DNA from: Eledone cirrhosa
Lineage: Eukaryota
Length of the DNA: 64,000 bases
Direction of reading: 5' to 3'
NCBI GenBank assembly: GCA_964016885.1
Contig: OZ024742.1
Coordinates: 90,024,001 to 90,088,000 of the forward strand
Part shown: piece by piece, positions 38,691-51,676 of the stretch
Layout: each line of letters starts with the position of its first letter
Position numbering within the stretch: position 1 is the first letter of the stretch
Position numbers and translations under genes: made by a program
The notes under the pieces: generated by a model
Database searches by the model: none
What the model was told of the DNA's origin: nothing
Seen by the model: only the letters and a program-made list of their open reading frames with translations

Positions 38691-39620
38691 CGGCTGTATG
38701 TCAAAACTTCATCCTATCTTGAAGCAGAGAAAAAAATATGCTACAGATCTCATGCTTGATCCCCAGGTTGGACAGACTGAGGAAACTGTTGCAATTGTTG
38801 TAGCTAAGCACATAAAATTAATGGCAAAACAAAAGGGCAAGAGCAATTAGCATCAAAGTGGGAGCAGAAACCTCTGCATGGCAAATATGTGGCCCGTTGC
38901 AAACAAGCTGATGTTGACCAAACGCACACCCATCAGTGGCTACGTAGCTCAGGGCTAAAAGTAGAGAGCGAAGACTTCATCTTAGCTGCCCAAGTTCAAA
39001 GCTTACTGACTCGGAATTACCAGGCCAATGTGATGAGAAATGGAGTAAATCCAAAGTGCCGATTCTGTAATGTTGAGGTGGAAACAGTGGACCACCCAGT
39101 TTCTGGATGTAAAGTTTTAAATATAGACATGACAGAGTTGGCCAATATCTACACTGGGTAATATGACGGCATTATAAAATCAAAGCTCCTGACAAATGGT
39201 ACAATCATCATGCTGAGGCTGTAACTGAAGGAGAAAAAGTAACAATTCTTTGGGACTTTCCTATACATACTTACCGGACCATTAAAGCAAATAGACCAGA
39301 TATCATTGTAAAATCCAACATATCAAGGTCTGTTTGCTGACTGATATGAGCTTCCCATGTGATATGAGCTTCCCATGAATATCCCGGCAAAAGAATTCGA
39401 CAAGCTAAGAAAATATAAAGATCTGCTTATTGAAATCGAAAAAATGTGGCACCTGAAGGCCGTTACAATACCACCGATTGTGGGAGCACTGGGAATGATC
39501 AAGAAAGGAACAGAACAGTATTTGAGAATGATTCCTCGTCCTACCCTATCTGCAAGAGGTGCAAATAATTGTTTTGACTGGTACTGCCCACGTATTGAGA
39601 AGAGCACTATCTCTGTGAGA
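38690..39620 (+). mobile_element. R4/Dong-like family C, decayed 3' fragment
   Basis: KPLHGKY, HQWLRSSGLKVESEDFILAAQ, CRFCNVEVETVDH, ILWDFPI, RPDIIV and KLRKYKDLLIEIEKMW. Confidence 0.85.
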
Positions 39621-39990
39621 ATGATACCCCCCACCCTTGTGTGGTTGTGTGTGTGTGTGAGTAGAACACTATCTCTGTAAAAATAATATCCCTTTGTAAG
39701 AATGATAAGCTGTAAATTATATTCAATGCTGTGTATTGACTGGCTTACCAATAATACAAATACAAAATAAAAATGATAAAGACTATTATAATGTTGACAG
39801 CGATACAGGCAACAAATAAATGAACAAACACACGTGGTAAGCAATACACACAAATGCACGTACACATACATACGTAAAAATAAATACATACACACGCTCT
39901 CACACATAAATATACATATACAAATACATAAACACATACATACGCATACACAATTACCTACACACACACACATATTCATATATACACACG

Positions 39991-40056
<66 letters not shown>

Positions 40057-40195
40057 TAACCATACAAATATACACATACATATACATACATATCACAAAC
40101 ACATACATACAAATACAAATACACATATATATGTGTGTAAAACTCATTCTTAGATAATTCATATGAACCTTATTTAACTCTAAAATATATATATA

Positions 40196-42503
<2,308 letters not shown>

Positions 42504-42534
42504 CATACACATATATACATACACATATATACAT

Positions 42535-42581
<47 letters not shown>

Positions 42582-42585
42582 GATG

Positions 42586-42636
42586 AGATTCTACAGGACT
42601 AGAACTGTTTCATTCATTAGAAATCATCAGGAATCT
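42586..42636 (-). ncRNA. Hammerhead ribozyme (family H3)
   Basis: Reverse complement of 44219-44269. Confidence 0.8.
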
Positions 42637-42902
42637 GGGTATCAAAAAATAAATATGGTATTTATAGGTCTCTACAAGTGGTAGGAGAGGGTTGGGAGTG
42701 GGATGGGTGCAGGTTATTGGTTGATAGAAATTCATTAAAAGCTAATTCTCTATATGTGTGTGTGTGTGTATGTGTGTATATATGTGTGTATATATATGTG
42801 TATATGTATGTGTCTGTGTATGTGTATGTGTGTATGTATGTATATATGTGTGTATGTGTGTGTATGTGTGTGTGTATATATATATATATATATGTGTATA
42901 TG

Positions 42903-42954
<52 letters not shown>

Positions 42955-43057
42955 TATATATAAGTGTATATATGTGTATATATATATATATATATGTGCG
43001 TGAGAGAGAGAGTGTGTATATATATTTTGTGTGTGGGTGTGTGTATGTGTGTATGCG

Positions 43058-43096
<39 letters not shown>

Positions 43097-43097
43097 G

Positions 43098-43146
<49 letters not shown>

Positions 43147-43268
43147 GTATATGTATTTATGTGTGTATATATGCATTATATGTCTGTATATATATGTGTA
43201 TATTTATGTATAGGTCTGTGTATGTATGTGTATGTTTGTATATGTATGGATATATATATATATATGTA

Positions 43269-43299
<31 letters not shown>

Positions 43300-43430
43300 G
43301 TGTGTATTTGTGTGTGTGTATGGATGTTTATACATATGTATACTCGTGTTTGTATGTATGCGTGTGAGTGTATTTACTTGTGTATATATGTGTGTGTGTG
43401 TGTATGTATGTGTATGTGTGTGTGTATCTA

Positions 43431-43463
<33 letters not shown>

Positions 43464-43464
43464 C

Positions 43465-43549
<85 letters not shown>

Positions 43550-44218
43550 GTATATGTATTATATATGTATGTATGTATGTATGTATGTGTGTATGTATGT
43601 GTGTGTACATGAATATATATTTATATATATTTATATATTTTTATATATGTGTGTGTGTTTTTATGTGTGTATATGTGTTTGTGTGTGTGTTTATGGTTGC
43701 GCCTAAGTGTGTGAGTGAGTATGTGTTTTTTTGTTTTTTTGTTTTTTTGTTTTTTTGTTTTTTTGTGAATGTGTCTGTTGATTTTTGGCATATAGTTGAT
43801 TAGTTTAAGAGAAGTTCGAAGATAATAGTAAGATATGCACTCAGTATTTTGAATCTGTCTGCAGAATTCTCTAGAACTTTGTCACTTAGTAGAACCTTAA
43901 TGACTTTAGCTTTTAAAGAATCTCCCTTTTCTTTAATTATATCGACCATGACTGACCCCCCACTGATTTTATAGACATCTGTTAGCTTAAGAGAAACTTA
44001 TTGACAAGGAATGGTATGCCCTCCGGAACCTGTTTATAGAATTCTGTCTGCCTTTGTTACTCTAAAACATAAATAAATATAAATAAAAATAAACTATAGC
44101 TTTGTAGAATTAGCTTTTAATGAATTTCTATCAACCAATGACCTGCACCCATCCCACTCCCCACCCTCTCCTACCACTTGTAGAGACCTATAAATACCAT
44201 ATTTATTTTTTGATACCC

Positions 44219-44269
44219 AGATTCCTGATGATTTCTAATGAATGAAACAGTTCTAGTCCTGTAGAATCT
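44219..44269 (+). ncRNA. Hammerhead ribozyme, type I with complete stem III (family H3)
   Basis: AGATTC-CTGATGA-tTTCtaatGAAt-GAA-ACAG-ttctagtc-CTGT-A|GAATCT. It has a 6-bp stem I, a 4-bp stem III and a GUA triplet; predicted cleavage is after 44263. Confidence 0.85.
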
Positions 44270-44351
44270 CATCTATATTAAAACTGTTATACTCTGCTAT
44301 GTATTGAGTACCTTACTTACTGTGGTTACCTCCGATTCAACCCGGAATAAC

Positions 44352-44403
<52 letters not shown>

Positions 44404-45512
44404 GCTAGAAAAATGCGTACAGCAAAAAAAAGTAATATTGTTGGAACAAACCTTTAAAAATACAGGACAAGGAAGTAAGATAAACCTTTAAAAATACAGG
44501 ACAAAGAACTAAGATAAAACTTTAAAAGAATAGGACAAGGAATATAAATTTTTACAATAATATTAGTGGCAAAATTCAATTGGTAAAAAATTGAGTTTCC
44601 ATCATTACACCAATTACAACTATGATGTTCCGCATGCATCCACTCCAACCATGATCACTTGTCTGTCATCTTTCCCGGTCCAACTCCTCGCGGATGACCC
44701 GGCGCAACTCGGACTGGGTCGGAGCAGGAACTGGAGGGGGAGAGGGAGGGGTACGGGTCTTGACTCTGGGACGATGACGGCGAGTGACCAAGGTGAATGG
44801 GCCCGTGTTCGACTCGGAATCCTGCTGGTCCTCGATGACACTTTGAGGCACGGTTGACGGTTCCGGACTGGCTTCATGGGCAGTGGTAGAAGGGCAGGTG
44901 GATAGGGCAGAGTGCTTCTTCCTGGGAGAGCACTTGAAGCAGGTGAAGCCGGCGCCGGACTCGTTGAACCACTTCCAGACAGCACTGGGCATGTTGGCGC
45001 AGCAATGATGAAAGTTGAAGCAGGCGACGAGGGGGGAGGAGGTGGAGGCGTTGGTGCAGGAGCAACAGACTGCTGATTTGGGAGTCATTGTAGCTGGGGG
45101 ATGCAGGCGCTGAGGGGGCTCGAGTAGAAGGGAAGAACAGAAATGAACCATGATGACTTTTCCTACATTTTTCCTGGCCCACTTCCTCATGAACCAATGA
45201 ACCAGTTGGTACAACTCGGACTTGGAGGAGGAACACAAGACAGGGATCAATTTCATTGTATTGATATTTCTCATTAAGTAATTTCATGTTACTCAAATAA
45301 ATCACTTTTATTTGATCAATTATCTATTTTTCCAATAAAATTTTTGCCACTAATATTATTGTAAAAATTTATATTCCTTGTCCTATTCTTTTAAAGTTTT
45401 ATCTTAGTTCTTTGTCCTGTATTTTTAAAGGTTTATCTTACTTCCTTGTCCTGTATTTTTAAAGGTTTGTTCCAACAATATTACTTTTTTTTGCTGTACG
45501 CATTTTTCTAGC
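44404..45512. mobile_element. Non-autonomous TIR DNA transposon (171-bp TIRs, probable TA target duplication) with a captured internal sequence
   Basis: 44404-44574 is, by eye, the exact reverse complement of 45342-45512. Each TIR holds three ~34-bp subrepeats. TA lies on both flanks, and the interior is GC-rich. Confidence 0.88.
44625..45090 (-). pseudogene. Captured CR1/L2-type ORF1 fragment with PHD-like finger
   Basis: MTPKSAVCCSC...VACFNFHHCCANM...FTCFKC, then a linker, then VIREELDRER, and after a frameshift DRQVIMVGV. This resembles the PHD + coiled-coil/RRM-start layout of CR1-group ORF1. Confidence 0.55.
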
Positions 45513-45802
45513 TAGTTTCCTATTTTTCAAGGCAATGCAAACAACAACTACTTAATTAAATAGTTATTACTTTAGTTACTTCTATCAAAAAATCCCAAAA
45601 ATGATGTTAATGAAAACTATAGGTGAAAGTGAAGCTATTCTTTTGTGACCTCTTAGTTACTTGTACCAATTTTGAATTTAATTCAAGCTACAGTGTCAGC
45701 CTGTGCATTGGAGTCACAGAAATAAGTTGAGATATTTTATCTAATTGGTACAAGCATCCACTCCACATGGCGGGGACATAGGTCAGATCGTGGAGCACTC
45801 AC

Positions 45803-46684
45803 CTATCTTAAAAATATTAAAAAATATCTGCTCTCTTTCTGTTTTCCTTCTTCCCCTGTCCTCAATCTGTGCGCCTTTTGATGAAATGCATGCTGACTTT
45901 TGCCCTCATCTCCTGTCCTCAATCTGTGTGCCTTTTGATTCCATGCATTCTGACTTTTGCCCTCATCTCCTGTCCTCAATCTATGCGCCTTTTGATTCCA
46001 TGCATGCTGACCTTTGCCATCATCTCCTGTCTTCAATCTGTGCGCCTTTTGATGTAATGCATGCTGACTTTTGCCCTCATCTCCTGTCCTCAATCTGTGC
46101 GCTTTTTGGTATGCATTATTCATATGTTTTGCTTGTTCTGATTGTCTTTTTTCTTTTATTTCAGCAGCTTTCCGTTTTTTATACTCCCTATTCCTAATGG
46201 CATTTTTTCTCCGTTTTTCATTCTCTTTATGAATTTTTTGATCTTTGGGACATTCGGAAGCACTATCAGTCTCATTGAATTCAAATTCAGGTCCAGGATT
46301 TAATTCAACACAACCGATAATAAGCAATGATAAGATCAGTGCACGTGTTCTATATTTCTGATTGGAAATCGGGTAAATTCGTTTATTGGATTTGTAAAAA
46401 GCCGCCTGAATGTGAATTTCATCATTCGAATTGCCCGATTGTGGAATTGTTTCATTCGAAATGGAAATATTGCATTTTCGCGCCAGGCAAAAAAGTAATA
46501 AGCCGATCAAAAAGCCGCGAAACGTATATGGTGACTTTTTTCGAAAGCCGCGAAACGTATGAAGTGACCTTTTGCGATTTTTTTTGCGACCATTTTGGCG
46601 AGACTTTTGCAGGGAAACAAATTTTTCATTTGTAATAGTCAAAATAAATAAGCCGATAAAAAAGCCGAGAGACGTCATTTTCAT
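45803..46684 (-). CDS. TE-associated ORF with 2A-like motif (LLIIGCVELNPGP) and 19-aa repeats
   Basis: 293-aa ORF. The 2A-like motif lies at 46289-46327. QKAHRLRTGDEGKSQHAxx repeats about 4.5 times (57-bp tandem repeat at 45855-46110). Confidence 0.5.
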   Translation of the reverse strand: MKMTSLGFFIGLFILTITNEKFVSLQKSRQNGRKKNRKRSLHTFRGFRKKSPYTFRGFLIGLLLFCLARKCNISISNETIPQSGNSNDEIHIQAAFYKSNKRIYPISNQKYRTRALILSLLIIGCVELNPGPEFEFNETDSASECPKDQKIHKENEKRRKNAIRNREYKKRKAAEIKEKRQSEQAKHMNNAYQKAHRLRTGDEGKSQHALHQKAHRLKTGDDGKGQHAWNQKAHRLRTGDEGKSQNAWNQKAHRLRTGDEGKSQHAFHQKAHRLRTGEEGKQKESRYFLIFLR

Positions 46685-47009
46685 ATGTCAAATGAGCACA
46701 CTATTCGCACCTATCGCAAATGAGTTCACTACTCGCACCTATCGGTACAAAAAATAGCACAACTATTCACAACTATTAGTACAAATCCAAATGATTTTCT
46801 GAATTTCTAGTATATCAATCAGCGACTGCTTTGAAAGAGAACAATGCAGTGAGTGATTACTCATTTGAATATAAATAGAAGACAACCTCAACTAGTTTGC
46901 AACGTGTGACCACTTATCGCGAGATAGGAGAACATAATAGCTCCTAATTAGCTCAATGATTAATGTTTACTGCCACATTGTATCAACATTTAAAATTCAA
47001 ATTCAAAAA

Positions 47010-47575
47010 AATAACCGCAGTCACTGGGGGGGGGGGGGTTCAAATAACCACCGCACCCCGAATAACCGCAGTCACTAGGGGGGGTTCGAATAAGACCCTC
47101 ACCCCAAATAACAGCAGTCACTGGGGGAGGGTTCGAATAAGCGCCTCACCCCGAATAATCGCAGTCACTGTGGGGGGGGGTTCGAATAAGCGCCGCACCC
47201 CGAATAACCGCAGTCACTGTGGGGGGGGGGGGGGGTTCGAATAAGCGCCTCACCCCGAATAATCGCAGTCACTGGGGGAGGGTTCGAATAAGCGCCGCAC
47301 CCCGAATAACCGCAGTCACTGGGGGGAGGGTTCGAATAAGCGCCGCACCCCGAATAATCGCAGTCACTGGGGGGAGGGTTCGAATAAGCGCCGCACCCCG
47401 AATAACCGCAGTCACTGGGGGGAGGGTTCGAATAAGCGCCGCACCCCGAATAATCGCAGTCACTGGGGGGAGGGTTCGAATAAGCGGGGGGGGGGGGGTT
47501 CGAATAAGCGTCTCACCCCGAATAATCGCAGTCACTGGGGGAGGGTTCGAATAAGCGCCGCACCCCGAATAACCC
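47010..47575. repeat. 48-bp GC-rich minisatellite (about 11 units)
   Basis: Unit GGGGAGGGTTCGAATAAGCGCCGCACCCCGAATAACCGCAGTCACTGG with variable G-runs and no unique spacers. Confidence 0.95.
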
Positions 47576-47930
47576 CTTATCCTCCTCTGACCGGTCCCAA
47601 GAGATGCATCAAATGCACAGAGCGTCACCCTTACTCACTCACTTACTCACTTGAACACAGTTTTTTTCAGCAAACTTTGATCATAACTTTTTTTGTGCTG
47701 AACGAAATTTCGAGATTTTTAGCTTAAGAGATGTGCAATGATTTACTCTCCATGCTCATATAACTTTCATGTGATTTTGATAATCGGAAGACATTCTAAT
47801 AATGCTGTAAAGAGACGATTGCCAACGAAATCACTAAGACAACAATATTACTAAACCGACTACCGTCGGTTTAGGATTAGAGTTAAATAAGGTTCATATG
47901 AATTATCTAAGAATGAGTTTTACACACATA

Positions 47931-47964
<34 letters not shown>

Positions 47965-48088
47965 GATATATATATATATATAGATAGATACATATATATA
48001 TATGTGTGTGTTGTATATATATGCATAAATACATATATATATGTGTGTGTATATATGCATAAATATATATATATATATGTGTGTGTGT

Positions 48089-48195
48089 GAGTGGTCAGAG
48101 AATTGGATTCGCAATCGTGAGGTTGTGAGTTCGATTCTTGCACCAGGCGATGCGTTATGTCTTTGAACAAGACACATTATTTCACATTGCTCCTT
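48089..48195 (+). mobile_element. Second tRNA-derived SINE family (fragment)
   Basis: GAGTGGTCAGAG...GAGTTCGATTC (B box), followed by a TGTCTTTGAACAAGACAC core-like segment. Confidence 0.6.
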
Positions 48196-48334
48196 CTACC
48201 TGGAGTTGCAATCGATAATATAGTGCAATAATATGGTGCATAGTTATATAAACATGTTTTAACGGTATATACTCCTTTGTATTCATTTCTTTTATATATA
48301 TATAATCTATCTATTTATAAGACTGTTTATATTG

Positions 48335-48400
48335 TATTTTGTCTGAAGAAGGCATAACATATTTTTAATATGATATCCCCGAAATATATATAATGAAATA
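48335..48400 (+). ncRNA. Hammerhead ribozyme-like motif (family H5)
   Basis: TATTTTGT-CTGAAGA-(aggcataacatatt...aatatgatatcccc)-GAAA-TATATA-TA|ATGAAATA. Stem I has G-U pairs, stem III is palindromic, and stem II is partly decayed. Confidence 0.6.
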
Positions 48401-48738
48401 AATATGGTTTTATAAATATAATTTCCATTTATTTAATATCGTAAATATACTCCAAATACTTGTTGAGTGCTTTTATATCAGTTATAAATATTTACTCGTT
48501 GTAACCCAACAATTTAAATAAAACTTTGCATATATATATATATATATATATATATCAAATATTAGTGGTGTGAGAGTCAAGAGTGGAACTGCATATTGTT
48601 CTGGTCAGTCAGTAGTGTCAATTTTTCCTTGGTTTAGTCTGGAAGAAGAACCTTCAAAACTGACCACCGGAGCTAAATGTCAACTTTAAAATGACCCCTA
48701 AAGTAATGGGAAATTACGAAAACAAGTAGCGTAGTTAC

Positions 48739-48794
<56 letters not shown>

Positions 48795-49242
48795 GAAATA
48801 AAATGACAGGAGGCTGGACTGGTGTAAATCCTTGGAAAATGTATTATACTATGACCGGGTTCCATATGAATCCGGTGATATCATCAGGTATTGGAATATA
48901 ACAAAGCAATATGTAAAAAACCATGGGTCCGAGAAATCAGAGACAGAGACAGAGAGGACGACTGAAGCTACTAATGAATATCTGGTGAAGGGGCGAAGGC
49001 TTATAATGTACTACCACCTCTCCGTCAAAGAAGAAGGGGAAGAAAGAAAGAAAGGGAGAAAGAAGTGTAGTATAAGGGTCATACTACATTCATGCTAGAA
49101 AACGCCGCGAAAAAATGCTACCCCAAAGAATCTATAATGGGTGTCTGTATGGTCTAACGTGTGAACCGAAGATTGGAACGTTAAACTTATGTTGCGAGTT
49201 ATAATTCTGGTCTATATATATATATATATGTATATATAAGTA

Positions 49243-49466
<224 letters not shown>

Positions 49467-49499
49467 TAGCGAAGATAATACGTCAGATGTCGTTATGCA

Positions 49500-49734
49500 G
49501 ACAGCTAGATATATAGACAGATATGATAAGGGCTTGACGGAGATCAATAACTGGCGCCTCACACCTCTTTAACGACAGAAAATTGTAAAATAAAAGCTGC
49601 AGTTAGTATCTTTAGACCGGAACGAATATATAAATGCAAGTTTCAAGTCAATCGGAGTAGAAATATGGATTTGTATAGACTTTGAAAAAATGAGGACACA
49701 CACACACAGACAACACAAGTTTTATATATATAGA
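49500..49734 (-). mobile_element. Non-autonomous Helitron 5' end
   Basis: The minus strand begins A|TCTATATATATAAAACTTGTGTTGTCTGT, similar to the terminus at 62821. The 3' boundary is uncertain. Confidence 0.55.
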
Positions 49735-49998
49735 TATTTGTGTATGTGTGTGTGTGGGGGGCAGTGTGCATTTTTATATAAACATGTTTTAACGGTATAT
49801 ACTCCTTTGTATTCATTTCTTTTATAATCGGTCGGATTATTTTCTCGCCCACTAAATATTAACGCTTCTAATATTTAACCCTGTAGGCACGAGTATTGAG
49901 CACATTTGCACAAACTATTGGCAACTAAATATATGTATCGCTTATCTTTCCGTTTTTTTCTCTCTCTCAATATTTAAACATTCTATATATATATATAT

Positions 49999-50872
49999 AT
50001 AAGGAAAAAAGATGAAATCTAAAATGCAACAGGTGTATTTTTTTAATAAAATATATATATTTATTAGGTTCCTTTACCGATTTTGCAGTTCTTCTGCTTT
50101 TCAAAAGTAGAATTGAGATGGAAGGTCTGCGGTTTTTCTCACATCTGGCTGGTCTTTGAATGTTACTATGGAAAAAAGTGGCTCGAAATGCCAGGTTTTT
50201 TAGAGAAGTAATTCTAATTTAGAGAAGAAAGTCTGAATTCTGACACCCCAGTGAACCAGCCATACTCACTGAACCAGAACAAATCTCCCAATCCCATTTC
50301 TCTTGACCATTATATTTTTGTTTGGCACAAAATTCTCTAGAAGGCTACAATATAAATTCCCAAATACGGGCGCGAAATTTACTGAATTTGTTCACGTGAC
50401 AGTCATAATTTCATTTATAACCAATCAAATTAATTTTAAAAAAAAGCCTTCGTGAGCCACATTTTTTAAGTAAAAAGAAATTCAAACAAACTGGCGCGAA
50501 AGCTGAGGTGCTTATTCCCGTGACTGTATCAACCAACCAAACCTCACACATATATGAAAAACAACTTGAGCCCCCCTCCCCCTTATTTGAAGAACTTTGT
50601 AACGCGAACTGGCGCGAAATTTATTATACTTATTCACCAACCAATTAAATTACTTCTCTAAAAACCTGGCATTTCGAGCCACTCTTTTCCATACAAAACA
50701 AGTAACATTCAAAGACCAACCAGATGTGAGAAAAACCAGAGACCCTCCATCTCAACTGTACTTTTGAAAAGCAGAAGAACTGCGAATCCGGTAAATGAAC
50801 CAAATAAATATATATATATTTAAAAAAAAAAAGACTGCAGTTGCATTTTCGATTTCATCTTTTTTCCTTATA
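49999..50872. mobile_element. PLE-like inverted-repeat cassette (family H6), arms about 49999-50213 and 50648-50872
   Basis: The arms are reverse complements of about 215 bp, each with a variant hammerhead-like fold. The interior has three ~120-bp degenerate units. Confidence 0.75.
50761..50797 (+). ncRNA. Variant hammerhead-like motif with TTGAAAA core (U3-A8), family H6
   Basis: CTT-TTGAAAA-GCAG-aagaa-CTGC-GAAt-CCGG-TA. A sister copy lies at 50069-50112 (-) and a related motif at about 50945-50982 (+). Confidence 0.5.
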
Positions 50873-51103
50873 CATTCACTCGTGTAGGACACCTCGGTTA
50901 TTTTTCATTTTGTAAAATAAACCTCACTTTCTAATATATATATTACTTTTGAAAAGCATTTGAAATGCGCAACCGGTTAAAAACTTAAAACTTTAAACTA
51001 ACACTGAATACTAACCATTACTTATTACTAATTTATACTTATTCCTAATTAAACTATTTTTCACTGGAAAAAATCTGTCAGCGTTTTCTTTTCCTTTTTC
51101 CTA

Positions 51104-51193
<90 letters not shown>

Positions 51194-51201
51194 AATTTCG
51201 A

Positions 51202-51259
51202 ATACCTGATGATCTCACCGGATTCATAGTGAACCCGGTCACTGAAATGATCATAGTAT
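51202..51259 (+). ncRNA. Hammerhead ribozyme-like motif (family H2)
   Basis: ATAC-CTGATGA-tctcACCGGattcatagtgaacCCGGTcact-GAAA-TGATCA-TA|GTAT, within module 51195-51445, which is homologous to 2090-2340. Confidence 0.7.
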
Positions 51260-51443
51260 AATAAACCTTTTAAGGAACTACACCAGTCCAGCCTCCTGTT
51301 ATTTTATAATAATTAACTCCGTACTCGCACCACCAACAACTCAAACGAAAACGGGTGAATTGCATTACGTCGAGTTCTCTCCCTAATATTACATCAAGGT
51401 TGACTATACGGAATGACCAGTTCTATCCAGTGGTGAACCAACA

Positions 51444-51478
<35 letters not shown>

Positions 51479-51483
<5 letters not shown>

Positions 51484-51538
51484 AAAAGGTATGACCCCGA
51501 CGGCAGAGCTCTGCCGTCGGGGTCATACCTTTTCCTAT
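51479..51538. repeat. Perfect 60-bp palindrome derived from a hammerhead-bearing module (family H8)
   Basis: ATAGGAAAAGGTATGACCCCGACGGCAGAG|CTCTGCCGTCGGGGTCATACCTTTTCCTAT. Non-palindromic relatives lie at 54824-54935 (+) and 41157-41200 (-). Confidence 0.95.
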
Positions 51539-51614
51539 TTCCCACTCTACTACACTAAGTATTGAGTACTCTGTTGCGTTATGGTCCATCTGGTACCTTA
51601 CCACAATTCTTTCG

Positions 51615-51653
<39 letters not shown>

Positions 51654-51676
51654 TAAGTTATTTATTTTGGAAAGCC

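Larger units (their letters stand above)
42577..44278. mobile_element. PLE-like inverted-repeat cassette (family H3), arms about 42577-42749 and 44106-44278
   Basis: The arms are near-perfect reverse complements of about 173 bp, each with a hammerhead. Flanked by (TA)n. Confidence 0.8.
45803..47877 (-). mobile_element. Helentron/Helitron2-like element 5' portion (tentative)
   Basis: Terminal hairpin TAAACCGAC-tacc-GTCGGTTTA (47852-47873), short (ACTC/ACTT) repeats, an internal minisatellite, then an ORF with charged 19-aa repeats like Helitron N-termini. It appears to be inserted at a T-run within a repeat also seen at 40131-40186. Confidence 0.5.

Noticed and set aside
47010-47575. Possible CRISPR array
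   Set aside because: The units are contiguous tandem copies with no unique spacers, there are no cas genes, and the context is eukaryotic.
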